A stretch of DNA of 64,000 nt, from assembly GCA_036001225.1 (NCBI GenBank), contig DASYUM010000308.1, positions 540 to 64,539 of the forward strand, written 5' to 3'. Below are positions 18,377 through 28,071 of the stretch, in pieces. The notes beneath the pieces were generated by a model, which was not told the DNA's origin, ran no database searches, and saw nothing but the letters and a program-made list of their open reading frames with translations. How positions within the stretch are numbered: position 1 is the stretch's first letter; each line of letters starts with the position of its first letter. This stretch comes from Candidatus Methylomirabilota bacterium (lineage in GTDB: Bacteria > Methylomirabilota > Methylomirabilia > Rokubacteriales > DASRDR01). A program made the position numbers and the translations under genes.

Positions 18377-18506
18377 GTCCCAGCCGGGACGACCACGCCC
18401 GCGCCTTCCGCGAAATCGCCGACCCGACGGGCGTTTGCGCCGGAACCTCAGAGCGGCCGCCGCCGTGGCACACCGCGTGCTTTACCACCTCGTCGGGAGG
18501 GCACCG

Positions 18507-18731
18507 ATGAAACTGGTGGTGAGCCAAGACGGGACGGTCGAGCGGGGGGGCAGCCGTGTCGTTCTCCGGCTCATCCAGGGCGGCGCCGCAGACCAGGCCC
18601 AGCGCCGGCTGCTGGCGCCGCCGACTTCAGCCCGATCCCAGACCCCGCCGGCCGCCGCTCCGGCCGTCGACGTCGAGGACATTCCGCTCTACCTCCGTCC
18701 GATCCCGGCCCGCCTGCCCCGCCTCTGGTAA
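18507..18731 (+). CDS. Small hypothetical protein (74 aa), Pro/Ala/Arg-rich C-terminus
   Basis: ATG preceded by GGGAGGG 6 nt upstream. No similarity recognised. It sits between the rSAM and HAD genes. Confidence 0.3.
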   Translation: MKLVVSQDGTVERGGSRVVLRLIQGGAADQAQRRLLAPPTSARSQTPPAAAPAVDVEDIPLYLRPIPARLPRLW

Positions 18732-18799
18732 CGCCGTCCGCTGAGCGCCCGCCGCTACCTTGACGCGCGCCAGGGCGCGCCGCTACGCTCGGCCGATCG

Positions 18800-19609
18800 A
18801 TGAGCTACCGCCTCGTGGTCGCCGACCTGGACGGCACCGTCCGCTCCCGCGCGCTCGGGATCACTCCCGGTGTGCAGGCGGCGGTGTCGGCGGCCCAGGC
18901 CCGCGGCGTCCGGGTCTGCGTCGCCACCGGACGGATGTGGCCCTCGGCGGCACCGTGGGTCAAGGCGCTCGGTGCCGACCCGCCGGTCATCCTCTACAAC
19001 GGAGGCCGGCTGTTCGACTTCGCGCGGGAACGTATCCTCTTCGACCGCCGCCTCGATCGGATGGTCGCCCGGGAGGTGCTCGCCCTCTTCCGGCGCGAGC
19101 CGGAAGCCCGCATTCACCTCTATGTGAACGACCGCGTCTACGTCGAGCGACCCGATCCGCTCACCGAAGCCTACGCGGCCGACGACGGTATCAGCTACGA
19201 GATCGTGCCCGCCTTCGAGGGCCTCCTCGCCGACGATCCGCACAAGATGCTGGTGATCGGTCCCCCCGCCCGGATGGAAGGGCTGGGGGACGCGGTGCGG
19301 GCGGCGGGCCTGGCTGTGCACGCCGTGCAGTCGGAGCCGCAATACCTGGAAATCCTCCCGCCCGGCATCTCCAAGGGCACGGCGCTGCGGGCCATGCTGG
19401 CCGCCCTCGACATTCCCGTCGAGGCGGTCATCGCGGTGGGCGACAACTGGAACGACCTCGAGATGATCGAAGCGGCGGGCCTCGGGGTGGCGATGGGCCA
19501 CGCCCCGGCCGGCGTCCGGGCCCGGGCCGACCACGTCTGTGGGACGAGCGAGGAGGAAGGGTTCCGCGACGTCATCGAGCGATTTGTCCTCGGGCGCCGG
19601 CCGTCTTGA
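18800..19609 (+). CDS. Cof-type HAD-IIB phosphatase
   Basis: Motif I VADLDGT, motif IV GDNWNDLEM, and a Cof-like cap region. Confidence 0.8.
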   Translation: MSYRLVVADLDGTVRSRALGITPGVQAAVSAAQARGVRVCVATGRMWPSAAPWVKALGADPPVILYNGGRLFDFARERILFDRRLDRMVAREVLALFRREPEARIHLYVNDRVYVERPDPLTEAYAADDGISYEIVPAFEGLLADDPHKMLVIGPPARMEGLGDAVRAAGLAVHAVQSEPQYLEILPPGISKGTALRAMLAALDIPVEAVIAVGDNWNDLEMIEAAGLGVAMGHAPAGVRARADHVCGTSEEEGFRDVIERFVLGRRPS

Positions 19610-19635
19610 TTCGCGCCCGCGCGCTGACATACAGT
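19606..19635 (+). promoter_or_regulatory. Putative sigma70-type promoter TTGATT-18-TACAGT
   Basis: The hexamers resemble the trp leader promoter at 63288-63317 (TTGACA-18-TACTGT). Position fits the SBP gene starting at 19702. Confidence 0.3.
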
Positions 19636-19701
19636 GGGGGGCAGCTTCGAACCGGATCCGACATCCTTCGCCAGGTTCCCCAGGCTCAAGGAGGTTCCTC
19701 G

Positions 19702-20841
19702 ATGAGGTCAACTGTCGCGCTGGTCATGGTGGTCGGGATCGCGCTCCTGCTCGGCGCGGGGGCGGGGCCGGCGGCGGCCCAGGTCACCCTCAACGTGGTG
19801 ACCGCCGGCGACACCAACATGCACGATCTCCAGCGTAACGTCTTCGGCCCGGAGTTCGAGAAACGGAATCCGGGCGTGAAGATCAACGCGGTCGGCAGCG
19901 GTCCCGGCGAGGCCGGCAGCCGAGTGATCGTGAACAAGATCAAGAGCCAGAAGGACGCCGGGGTCGGGAAGTGGGACGTGGACGTGGCGGTCGTCCACCA
20001 GATCGTGATGCCCGAGCTGATCCAGCAGGAACTGGTCGCCCGCTACGCTCCCGAGATCGCCACCTACAAGCTCATGACCGCCTCCGACGGCCGGAACGCG
20101 CTCGGGTTCAACGTCGAGGGCTACGTGATGCCGATGTTCCACAGCCAGGTGGTCCTGGCCTACAACCCGGAGATGGTGAAGACCCCGCCGTCGAGCTTCG
20201 AGGAGCTGGTGGCCTGGATCAAGGCCAACCCCAAGAAGTTCGGCTACAACGGCGTCAAGGGTGGGATGAGCGGGGTGGCCTTCACCACCGCTTGGGTGTA
20301 CTGGAAGACGGGCCAGTACGACCGGTACGCCAAGGGGCCCTACGACAAGAACGCCCAGACGGCCTGGCCCCAGGCCATCAAGGAGCTGAAGGGCCTGCCG
20401 GTCACGCTGACCACCGGCAACAACGACACCCTCGACCGGTTGAACCGCGGCGAGATCGCCATGGGGCCGGTGTGGGTGGACATGCTGATCAACCTGAAGA
20501 ACGAAGGCCGCATGGACCCCAAGATCCGGATGAAGCTCATCGCGCCGGGCTTCCCGGGCCAGCCGATGTACCTGGTGGTGCCCAAGCAGGCCGCCAACTA
20601 CGAGGTGGCCAAGAAGTACGTCGAGTTCATCACCTCGCCCGAGATGCAGGCCAAGGTGATCGTGGAGCGGAACGGCTGGTACCCGGGAATCGATGGCCAG
20701 CACGTCCTACCCCACGTGTCGGACAAGGCCCGCGCCCTCCTGTTCCAGGACGTGCCGCCCGACACGCTCAACAAGAACGGGCTGTCGTTCCCGCTCAACC
20801 CCTATTTCAAGGACTTGATGACGACCTACGAGGAGAACTGA
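19702..20841 (+). CDS. ABC transporter periplasmic substrate-binding protein (solute-binding family 1, PotD/ThiB/iron-like)
   Basis: AAGGAGG RBS. A signal peptide, then a 380-aa SBP. It is followed by two permeases and an ATPase. Confidence 0.75.
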   Translation: MRSTVALVMVVGIALLLGAGAGPAAAQVTLNVVTAGDTNMHDLQRNVFGPEFEKRNPGVKINAVGSGPGEAGSRVIVNKIKSQKDAGVGKWDVDVAVVHQIVMPELIQQELVARYAPEIATYKLMTASDGRNALGFNVEGYVMPMFHSQVVLAYNPEMVKTPPSSFEELVAWIKANPKKFGYNGVKGGMSGVAFTTAWVYWKTGQYDRYAKGPYDKNAQTAWPQAIKELKGLPVTLTTGNNDTLDRLNRGEIAMGPVWVDMLINLKNEGRMDPKIRMKLIAPGFPGQPMYLVVPKQAANYEVAKKYVEFITSPEMQAKVIVERNGWYPGIDGQHVLPHVSDKARALLFQDVPPDTLNKNGLSFPLNPYFKDLMTTYEEN

Positions 20842-20849
20842 TCCAAACC

Positions 20850-20874
20850 GGAGGGGGCCTCGACGGCCCCCTCC
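20850..20874 (+). terminator. GC-rich hairpin GGAGGGGGCC-TCGAC-GGCCCCCTCC (10-bp perfect stem) 9 nt after the SBP stop; GCTCGGAGCGGAACA motif at 20915-20929
   Basis: Seen in the sequence. Member of the repeated hairpin family. It probably attenuates read-through into the permease genes. Confidence 0.45.
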
Positions 20875-21000
20875 GGAACCTCCCCCAGGAAAGGATTGCG
20901 GCGGCCAAGCCGCCGCTCGGAGCGGAACATGCGGCGGTGGACGGCCGTGTGTGAGCGCGAGGGCCGTCCTCCCGCGGACTTCTGTCCTTCGGGCGGCTAG

Positions 21001-21819
21001 ATGCGGCGTTCCGCCCGCCTCGCCAGCCTCGCCATCGCCGCGCCGCCCCTGGCCATCGTCGTCTGGCTCTTCTTCCTCCCCTTCCTCTCTTCCGCTCACC
21101 TGTCGTTCCAGCGCGAGGGCGAGTGGTCGCTGCGCAACTACTACCTGGTCTGGCGCCTCTACAAGCTCGACGTGCTCTATACCCTCGGCATCTCGCTGGT
21201 GAGCCTGATGCTGGTCGTCGGCATCGCGATCCTGCTCTGCGGCTACCTGCGGATCGTCGGCTACCGGCCGGTCGAGTTCCTCTTCAAGATTCCCCTCTTC
21301 GTGCCCTTCGTGGTCGTCGGCCACGGGATGCGGGTGCTGCTGGCCCCCCGGGGCACGCTGAACTCGGCCCTGGCCCAGGCCGGGCTGATCGACCTCAACG
21401 ACCCCCCCTCGATCGCCTTCACCTGGGCGGGAATCGTGGTCTCGCTGGTCTGGAAGAACCTCGCCCTGGCCGTCCTGCTGGTTCTGGGCGCGTACCGGGC
21501 CGTGGACGAGACCTATCTCGAGGCGGCGCGGAACGTGGGGGCCTCTGCCTTCCGCCAGATCCGGGACATCCTGCTCCCGATGGCGGCCCCGTCCCTGGTC
21601 GTCGCCTCGGCCTTCATGTTCACGTCGATGCTCGCCTCGTTCTCCATCCCACTCATGATCGGCTCCGGCGAGGCGCCGCAGATGCTCATGGTCGACGTCT
21701 TCTACCGGATCAACTACCAGAACGACCTGGGCACGGCCAACGCGCTGGGCATCGTGTCCTACCTGCTGGCGATGGGCGTCGCCGGCTACTACCTGCGGAC
21801 GATCACGGTGAAGTCGTGA
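21001..21819 (+). CDS. ABC transporter permease (PotB/CysT-like inner membrane component)
   Basis: 6 TM helices. EAA-like loop ...NVGASAFRQIRDILLP... Confidence 0.8.
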   Translation: MRRSARLASLAIAAPPLAIVVWLFFLPFLSSAHLSFQREGEWSLRNYYLVWRLYKLDVLYTLGISLVSLMLVVGIAILLCGYLRIVGYRPVEFLFKIPLFVPFVVVGHGMRVLLAPRGTLNSALAQAGLIDLNDPPSIAFTWAGIVVSLVWKNLALAVLLVLGAYRAVDETYLEAARNVGASAFRQIRDILLPMAAPSLVVASAFMFTSMLASFSIPLMIGSGEAPQMLMVDVFYRINYQNDLGTANALGIVSYLLAMGVAGYYLRTITVKS

Positions 21820-22622
21820 GCCGCGGCGTCGCGCGCCGGAGCCTGCGAGCGGCGCTCGCGGTGGTGGCGTTCCTCTTCATCTTCGCTCCCGTCTCGAGCC
21901 TGGTGATCTGGTCGTTCACCCGGAGGTGGTTCTGGCCCCATCCGTTCCCCCAGGAGTGGGGCCTCTTCTACTGGAAGCAGGTCCTCCAGGGGGACCTCTT
22001 CCGGGCGCTCCACTCGGGGTTCCTGATCGCGGTGGTGGTCACGGTGCTGACCCTGGTCCTCACCGTGCCGCTCGCGTACCTGCTGGCGCGCTACCCGATC
22101 CCGGCGAAGCCGCTCATCCTGATGGTCTTTCTCCTTCCCCACGCGTTCCCCCAGCTCCCGGTGTTCGTCAACTCGACCACGCTGCTCTACCGGGTGAACC
22201 TCGGCGGCAAGTTCTGGGGCGTGGTGCTGATCCACATGGTGGGAGCGCTGGTCTACGCGGTGTGGACGATGACGGCGGTCTTCAAGTCCATCCCCGAGAG
22301 CCTGGAGGAGGCGGCCTGGAACCTCGGGGCCTCGCACCTGAAGAGCTTCTTCTCGGTGGCGCTGCCCCTGGCCACGCCCGGGCTCATCGCCAGCACGCTG
22401 CTGGTCTTCCTCTACTCCCTCGACGAGTTCACGGGGACGTTGCTGGTGGGGAGTCCCTTCGTCCTCACCCTGCCGGTCTACATGTACCGGACCTCGGTCG
22501 GGTACGAGCTGCAGGTGGCCTCCATCGCGGCGCTCATCCTCATGCTGCCGGGGATCCTTTTGCTCGTCCTGCTGGAGCGCTTCCTGAAGGCGGAGTACCT
22601 CTCCATGTTCGGGCGCCTATGA
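21816..22622 (+). CDS. ABC transporter permease (PotC/CysW-like)
   Basis: GTGA overlap with the upstream permease. EAA motif EEAAWNLGASHLKSFFSVALPLA. Confidence 0.8.
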   Translation: MSRGVARRSLRAALAVVAFLFIFAPVSSLVIWSFTRRWFWPHPFPQEWGLFYWKQVLQGDLFRALHSGFLIAVVVTVLTLVLTVPLAYLLARYPIPAKPLILMVFLLPHAFPQLPVFVNSTTLLYRVNLGGKFWGVVLIHMVGALVYAVWTMTAVFKSIPESLEEAAWNLGASHLKSFFSVALPLATPGLIASTLLVFLYSLDEFTGTLLVGSPFVLTLPVYMYRTSVGYELQVASIAALILMLPGILLLVLLERFLKAEYLSMFGRL

Positions 22623-22677
22623 GGCCGGGTGGGTGGCGCGGCGAACGGGTGCCCCACCCGGCCGCGAGGCCTGGCTG

Positions 22678-23730
22678 ATGGAAGTGCGAGTCGAGGGGCT
22701 GACCAAGCGCTACGGGCGGGTGAGCGCCCTCGACGCCGTCGGCATCACGTTCCCGAGCGGCGCCCTGACCGCCATTCTGGGGCCCAGCGGGTGCGGGAAG
22801 ACGACGCTGCTCCGCAGCGTGGCCGGGTTCGTCCCGGTGGATGCCGGGCGCATCCTCTTCGGCAAGGACGACGTGACCCAGCTGACCCCCCAGGCCCGAG
22901 GCACGGCCATGGTCTTCCAGAACTATGCCCTGTGGCCGCACATGACCGTCTTCGACAACGTGGCCTACGGGCTGCGGCTGCGCCGGGTGCCCGAGCGCGA
23001 CATCCGAGCCCGCGTCGAGAAGGTGCTCGACCTGGTGGAGATCGGCCAACTCGAGGGCGTCCTGGGCCGGAAGCCGGCGGCGCTGTCGGGCGGCCAGCAG
23101 CAGCGGGTCGCGGTGGCCCGGGCGCTGGTCGTGGAGCCGCGCGTTCTGCTCATGGACGAGCCGCTCTCCAACCTCGACGCCAAGGTCCGCCAGCGCCTGC
23201 GGGTGGAGGTCCGGCGGCTCCAGAAGGCGGTGGGGATCACCGCCATCTACGTCACCCACGATCAGGAGGAGGCCCTGGCCATCGCCGACACCGTCGTCCT
23301 CATGAACGCGGGCCGGGTTGTGCAGGTCGGCGCGCCGCCCGAGATCTACTTCCGGCCCGCCAGTGCCTTCGCCGCCGAGTTCCTCGGGGTCTCCAACCAG
23401 CTCCGGGGGACGGCCGACCCCGGCGCGCTGGCGATCGGGGGCCAGCGGCTGCCCTACGCCGGCCCCGTTCGGGGCCCGGCCATCGTGGTCTTCAAGGCGT
23501 CCGACGCGACGCTCGGACCGACGGGTCCGCCGGCAGCCGCCCCCGAGGGCGGCGCGGTCCTGCGCGGCACGCTGGAGGAGCGGCTGTTCCTCGGCGCCGT
23601 GTACCGCCACTACGTCCGGATCGAGGGCGAGACGGTGATGGTGGACGCGCCAGAGCCGGCCGAGCCGGGCCCGGTCGCGGTCCGCGTCCCGCCGGCGAAG
23701 CTGCAGGTGTACGCGGCACCAGCAGGATGA
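22678..23730 (+). CDS. ABC transporter ATP-binding protein (PotA/MalK-like with C-terminal TOBE domain)
   Basis: Walker A GPSGCGKTT, LSGGQQQRVA, LLMDEPLSNLD, and a C-terminal regulatory beta-domain. Confidence 0.85.
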   Translation: MEVRVEGLTKRYGRVSALDAVGITFPSGALTAILGPSGCGKTTLLRSVAGFVPVDAGRILFGKDDVTQLTPQARGTAMVFQNYALWPHMTVFDNVAYGLRLRRVPERDIRARVEKVLDLVEIGQLEGVLGRKPAALSGGQQQRVAVARALVVEPRVLLMDEPLSNLDAKVRQRLRVEVRRLQKAVGITAIYVTHDQEEALAIADTVVLMNAGRVVQVGAPPEIYFRPASAFAAEFLGVSNQLRGTADPGALAIGGQRLPYAGPVRGPAIVVFKASDATLGPTGPPAAAPEGGAVLRGTLEERLFLGAVYRHYVRIEGETVMVDAPEPAEPGPVAVRVPPAKLQVYAAPAG

Positions 23731-23809
23731 GCTATAGTTCCCCCGGCATTCGGGTTCCGCCTGCCGCGGCGCGGGACTCGGCCGGACCTGTCGAACAACG
23801 GAGGCGACC

Positions 23810-24844
23810 ATGCGCGTGGCGACGACGACCACAGTTCTCGCGATCGGGCTCCTGGCGACGGTGCTCGGGTCAGGGCCGGCTGCCGCCCAGGGCCAGCTCA
23901 CGCTCTACTGCACGCCCCAGGAGGAGTGGTGCCGGGCGATGGTCACCGCGTTCGAGAAGGCGACCGGCATCAAGGTCAACATGACCCGCAAGAGCTCGGG
24001 CGAGATCTACGCCCAGGTGAAGGCGGAGGCCGCCAACCCGAAGGGCGACATCTGGTGGGGCGGGACCGGAGACCCGCACCTGCAGGCGGCCGAGGAGGGG
24101 CTCACCCTCGAGTACAAGTCGCCCAAGCTCGGCGAGCTCCACGACTGGGCGGGCCGCCAGGCCGAGCAATCGAAATACCGGACGGTCGGCGTCTACGCCG
24201 GCGCCCTCGGGTTCGGCTACAACACGCAGCTCCTGGCCAAGAAGGGGCTGCCCGAGCCGAAGTGCTGGAAGGACCTCCTCGACCCGCGCTTCAAGGACGA
24301 GGTCCAGGTCGCCGACCCGAACTCCTCGGGCACGGCCTACACCATGCTCGCCACGATCCTCCAGATCATGGGCGAGGCCGCCGGATGGGACTACTTGAAG
24401 AAGCTCCACAAGAACGTCAACCAGTACACGAAGTCGGGCGCGGCGCCGGCCAAGGCGACGGCGCTCGGTGAGACCCTGATCGGCATCACCTTCATGCACG
24501 ACCTGGTCACGATGGTCGTCGAGGGGAATCCCGTCAAGGTGGTCGCGCCCTGCGAGGGCACCGGCTACGAGATCGGCTCGATGAGCCTCATCAAAGGCGC
24601 TCGCAACCTCGACAACGCCAAGAAGTGGTACGACTGGGCGCTGACCCCCGAGGCCCAGACGCTGGGCGCGCAGGCCAAGGCCTACCAGGTGCCGTCCAAC
24701 AAGAAGGCGGTGGCCCCGCCCCAGGCGCCGAAGTTCTCCGAGATCAAGCTTATCAAGTACGACTTCGCGAAGTACGGTTCCTCGGCCGAGCGGAAGCGGC
24801 TCCTCCAGAAGTGGGACCAGGAGGTCAAGGCCCTTCCGAAGTGA
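23810..24844 (+). CDS. Fe(3+)/sugar-phosphate-type ABC substrate-binding protein (AfuA/FbpA-like), paralog 1
   Basis: Signal peptide. Conserved blocks IWWGGTGDPH, NSSGTAYT, KSGAAPA. It has two paralogs, at 27039 and 34231. Confidence 0.75.
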   Translation: MRVATTTTVLAIGLLATVLGSGPAAAQGQLTLYCTPQEEWCRAMVTAFEKATGIKVNMTRKSSGEIYAQVKAEAANPKGDIWWGGTGDPHLQAAEEGLTLEYKSPKLGELHDWAGRQAEQSKYRTVGVYAGALGFGYNTQLLAKKGLPEPKCWKDLLDPRFKDEVQVADPNSSGTAYTMLATILQIMGEAAGWDYLKKLHKNVNQYTKSGAAPAKATALGETLIGITFMHDLVTMVVEGNPVKVVAPCEGTGYEIGSMSLIKGARNLDNAKKWYDWALTPEAQTLGAQAKAYQVPSNKKAVAPPQAPKFSEIKLIKYDFAKYGSSAERKRLLQKWDQEVKALPK

Positions 24845-24888
24845 GGACCCACACTCTCCCCGGGGGAACGGAGCCGGCTGAGCCGCGC

Positions 24889-27039
24889 ATGACGCGGACC
24901 GCCGCCGGCTGGCTCGCTCTCGGCTGGCTCGGCTTCGCCGCGCTGCCGTGGTATGGGCTCCCGAGCGGCCCTGCCCTCTGGGAGGCGCTCGCGCACGGCC
25001 GCCCCTGGCTCCTGCCGATCGCGCTGCCGCTGGCCCTGCCGCTCGTCGTGTGGCGGCGGCCCCGCGAGGATCCCCGGGTCGCGTCGGCCCTCGTGGCGGC
25101 CGGCGCCCTCGGCCTGGGCTGGGTCGCCGCGCAGGGATTCGCCATCGGCCTCCGCGGCTGGGCGACGCCGTGGCTGGCCGCCCTCTTCGGGGGCGAAGGC
25201 CCCCGGCAGGAGGCCATGGGCTGGGGCGCGGGCGCCGTCGCCCTCGCCTTCCTCATGCTCCTGTGCCACGGCCTGGCGGCCCGCGGCTACTTCCGGGGCG
25301 ACGCCTTCCTGACCGGCGCCGTCGGGCTCGTGGTCGCGCTGGTCGGTCTCTTCGTGTTCTTCCCGATCACGACCGTGCTGCTGAGCGCCGTCCGCGACGA
25401 CGCGGGCGCCCTCGCCCCCCGCCTGTTCGCGGAGAAGTTCTTCGATCGCGCCGTCTGGGGACTGGACTGTCTGACCGGCCCCCTGCGCTGCGGCGTCGCG
25501 TGGAACACGCTCTTCCTGGCCGTGCTCGTCGGGGCCGCCTCGACGCTTCTTGGGCTCGCCTTCGCCCTGGTGGCGACTCGCACCGCGTTCCCGCTGAAGG
25601 GGCTGTTCCGCGCCCTCACCGTGCTGCCGATCATCACGCCACCCTTCGTCATCGGGCTCGCCCTGATCCTGCTCTTCGGCCGCTCGGGGGCGGTGACGAG
25701 CGTCCTCGCCGACGTCTTCGGCGTGCCCCGCACGCGCTGGCTCTACGGCCTGCCCGGCGTGTTCCTGGCCCAGGCCCTGGCGTTCACGCCCATCGCGTTC
25801 CTGGTGCTGATCGGCGTGGTCCAGGGCATCAGCCCCTCCCTCGAGGAGGCGGCCCAGACGCTCCGGGCCCGCCGCTGGACGACCTTCCGCACGGTCTCCT
25901 GGCCGCTCATGCGCCCGGGGATTGCCAACGCCTTCCTGCTCGGCTTCGTCGAGAGCATGGCCGACTTCGGGAACCCGCTCGTCCTCGCCGGCAACTACGA
26001 GGTCCTCTCGATCAAGGTCTTCTTCGCCGTGGTGGGGGCCGCCCACGACCAGGGCCGCGCGGCGGTCCTGGCCCTGATCCTCCTGGGATTCACGCTGGCC
26101 GCCTTCTACGCCCAGCAGCGCTGGCTCGGCCGGCGCGCCTACACCACCGTGACCGGCAAGGGCGACGCCGGGCTCCCGGCCCCGCTGCCCGGCTGGCTGG
26201 CGTGGCTCTGTTACGCGGTCACCCTCCCCTGGACGGCGTTCACGCTCGCGATCTACGCCGTGATCGTGGCCGGCGGTTTCGTCCGCGCGATGGGGCGCGA
26301 CTACACGCCGACCCTCCAGCACTACGTGACCGGCTTCTCGGTCGAGGCCACCGAGCGCGGGCTCCACTTCACGGGCGCGGCCTGGGACTCCTTCTGGACG
26401 ACGCTCCAGATCTCGGCCATCTCGGCGCCCCTGACGGCGCTGGTCGGGCTGCTGACCGCGTACATCCTGGCCCGCCAGTCGTTCGCCGGCAAGCGCGCCT
26501 TCGAGTTCGGCACCCTGCTCAGCTTCGCCATCCCCGGCACCGTCATCGGAGTGAGTTACATCCTCGCCTTCAACGTGCCGCCGGTCGAGCTGACCGGAAC
26601 GGGGATCATCCTCGTCATCTGCTTCGTGTTCCGGAACATGCCGGTGGGGGTGCGCTCCGGTATCGCGACCCTCAGCCAGATCGACCGGAGCCTCGACGAG
26701 GCCTCGCTCACGCTGGGCGCCCGCTCCTTCACCACCGTGCGCCGGGTGGTGCTCCCGCTCTTGCGTCCGGCGATCGTCGCCGCCCTCGTCTACAGCTTCG
26801 TCCGCGCGATGACCGCCGTGAGCGCAGTGATCTTCCTGGTGAGCGCGCGGTACAACCTGGCCACCGCCTACATCGTCGGGCGCGTGGAGGCCGGGGAGTT
26901 CGGCCTCGCCATCGCCTACTCGTCGGTCCTGATCGTCGTCATGCTGGTGGCCATCCTCCTGATCCAGGTGCTCGTGGGCGAGCGCCGGCTCGGGCGCCGC
27001 GCCGCCGGCGAGCTGTCCCTCCAGCCGGGAGGCGGCTGA
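24889..27039 (+). CDS. Fused two-domain ABC permease (FbpB/AfuB/ThiP-like, 12 TM)
   Basis: 716 aa with two tandem permease domains, each carrying an EAA loop (LEEAAQTLRA..., LDEASLTLGA...). Confidence 0.8.
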   Translation: MTRTAAGWLALGWLGFAALPWYGLPSGPALWEALAHGRPWLLPIALPLALPLVVWRRPREDPRVASALVAAGALGLGWVAAQGFAIGLRGWATPWLAALFGGEGPRQEAMGWGAGAVALAFLMLLCHGLAARGYFRGDAFLTGAVGLVVALVGLFVFFPITTVLLSAVRDDAGALAPRLFAEKFFDRAVWGLDCLTGPLRCGVAWNTLFLAVLVGAASTLLGLAFALVATRTAFPLKGLFRALTVLPIITPPFVIGLALILLFGRSGAVTSVLADVFGVPRTRWLYGLPGVFLAQALAFTPIAFLVLIGVVQGISPSLEEAAQTLRARRWTTFRTVSWPLMRPGIANAFLLGFVESMADFGNPLVLAGNYEVLSIKVFFAVVGAAHDQGRAAVLALILLGFTLAAFYAQQRWLGRRAYTTVTGKGDAGLPAPLPGWLAWLCYAVTLPWTAFTLAIYAVIVAGGFVRAMGRDYTPTLQHYVTGFSVEATERGLHFTGAAWDSFWTTLQISAISAPLTALVGLLTAYILARQSFAGKRAFEFGTLLSFAIPGTVIGVSYILAFNVPPVELTGTGIILVICFVFRNMPVGVRSGIATLSQIDRSLDEASLTLGARSFTTVRRVVLPLLRPAIVAALVYSFVRAMTAVSAVIFLVSARYNLATAYIVGRVEAGEFGLAIAYSSVLIVVMLVAILLIQVLVGERRLGRRAAGELSLQPGGG

Positions 27040-28064
27040 TGCGACACGCCGTGCTGGTCGTCGTCGTGCTGATCGCGGTGGCCGGGCCCGCCGGCCCCGC
27101 GGCTGCGCAGGGCGGCCTGGTCGTCTACTGCAGCGTGCTGGTCGACTGGTGCCAGCTCGCCGCCACCGAGTTCGAGCGGGCCACCGGCGTCAAGGTCACG
27201 CTCTCGGCCAAGGGCTCCGGGGAGACGTTCGCCCAGATCCGGGCGGAGGCGGCCAATCCGCGAGGCGACCTCTGGTGGGGCGGCACCGGCGACCCGCACC
27301 TGCAGGCCGCCGAGCAAGGGCTGACCGAGGTCTATCGCTCCCCGCGCCTCCCCGAGCTCCACCCCTGGGCCCGGCGGCAGGCCGAGCAATCCGGCTTTCG
27401 GACGGTCGGGATCTACGCGGGAGCGCTCGGCTTCGCGGTCAACACCGAGGTGCGGGCCCGGAAGAGCCTCCCCGAGCCCCGCTGCTGGAAGGATCTGATC
27501 GACTCGCGCTACAAGGACGAGGTCCAGATCTCCAACCCCGCCTCCTCCGGCACCGCCTACACGGTGGTGGCCACGCTGGTGCAGCTCTTCGGGGAGGACG
27601 GCGCGTTCGGCTACCTCAAACAGCTCCACAAGAACGTCAACCAATATACCCGCTCGGGTCCGGCGCCGGCCCGCAATACCGCTCGCGGCGAGACCGGCGT
27701 CGGGATCATGTTCCTGCACGACGCGGTGGCCGAGGCGGTGGAGGGCTTCCCGGTGAAGACGGTGGCGCCGTGCGAGGGCACCGGCTACGAGATCAGCTCG
27801 ATGAGCCTCATCAAGGGCGGCCGCAACCCGGAGAACGCCCGGCGGTGGTACGACTGGGCCCTCACGCCCGAGGCCCAGAACCTCGCCGCCCGCGCCAAGT
27901 CCTACCAGGTGCCCTCCCACCCGAACGCGACCGTGCCGGCCCGGGCCCCCCGGCTGTCGGAGATCAAGCTGATCGACTACGACTTCGCCAGGTACGGCCA
28001 GTCGGCCGAGCGGAAGCGCCTCATCGAGCGCTGGGAGCGGGAAGTCGGCTCCCAGCCGAAGTGA
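27039..28064 (+). CDS. AfuA/FbpA-like substrate-binding protein, paralog 2
   Basis: ATG overlaps the permease TGA. Same conserved blocks as paralog 1 (about 60% identical by eye). Confidence 0.75.
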   Translation: MRHAVLVVVVLIAVAGPAGPAAAQGGLVVYCSVLVDWCQLAATEFERATGVKVTLSAKGSGETFAQIRAEAANPRGDLWWGGTGDPHLQAAEQGLTEVYRSPRLPELHPWARRQAEQSGFRTVGIYAGALGFAVNTEVRARKSLPEPRCWKDLIDSRYKDEVQISNPASSGTAYTVVATLVQLFGEDGAFGYLKQLHKNVNQYTRSGPAPARNTARGETGVGIMFLHDAVAEAVEGFPVKTVAPCEGTGYEISSMSLIKGGRNPENARRWYDWALTPEAQNLAARAKSYQVPSHPNATVPARAPRLSEIKLIDYDFARYGQSAERKRLIERWEREVGSQPK

Positions 28065-28071
28065 GGCCCCG

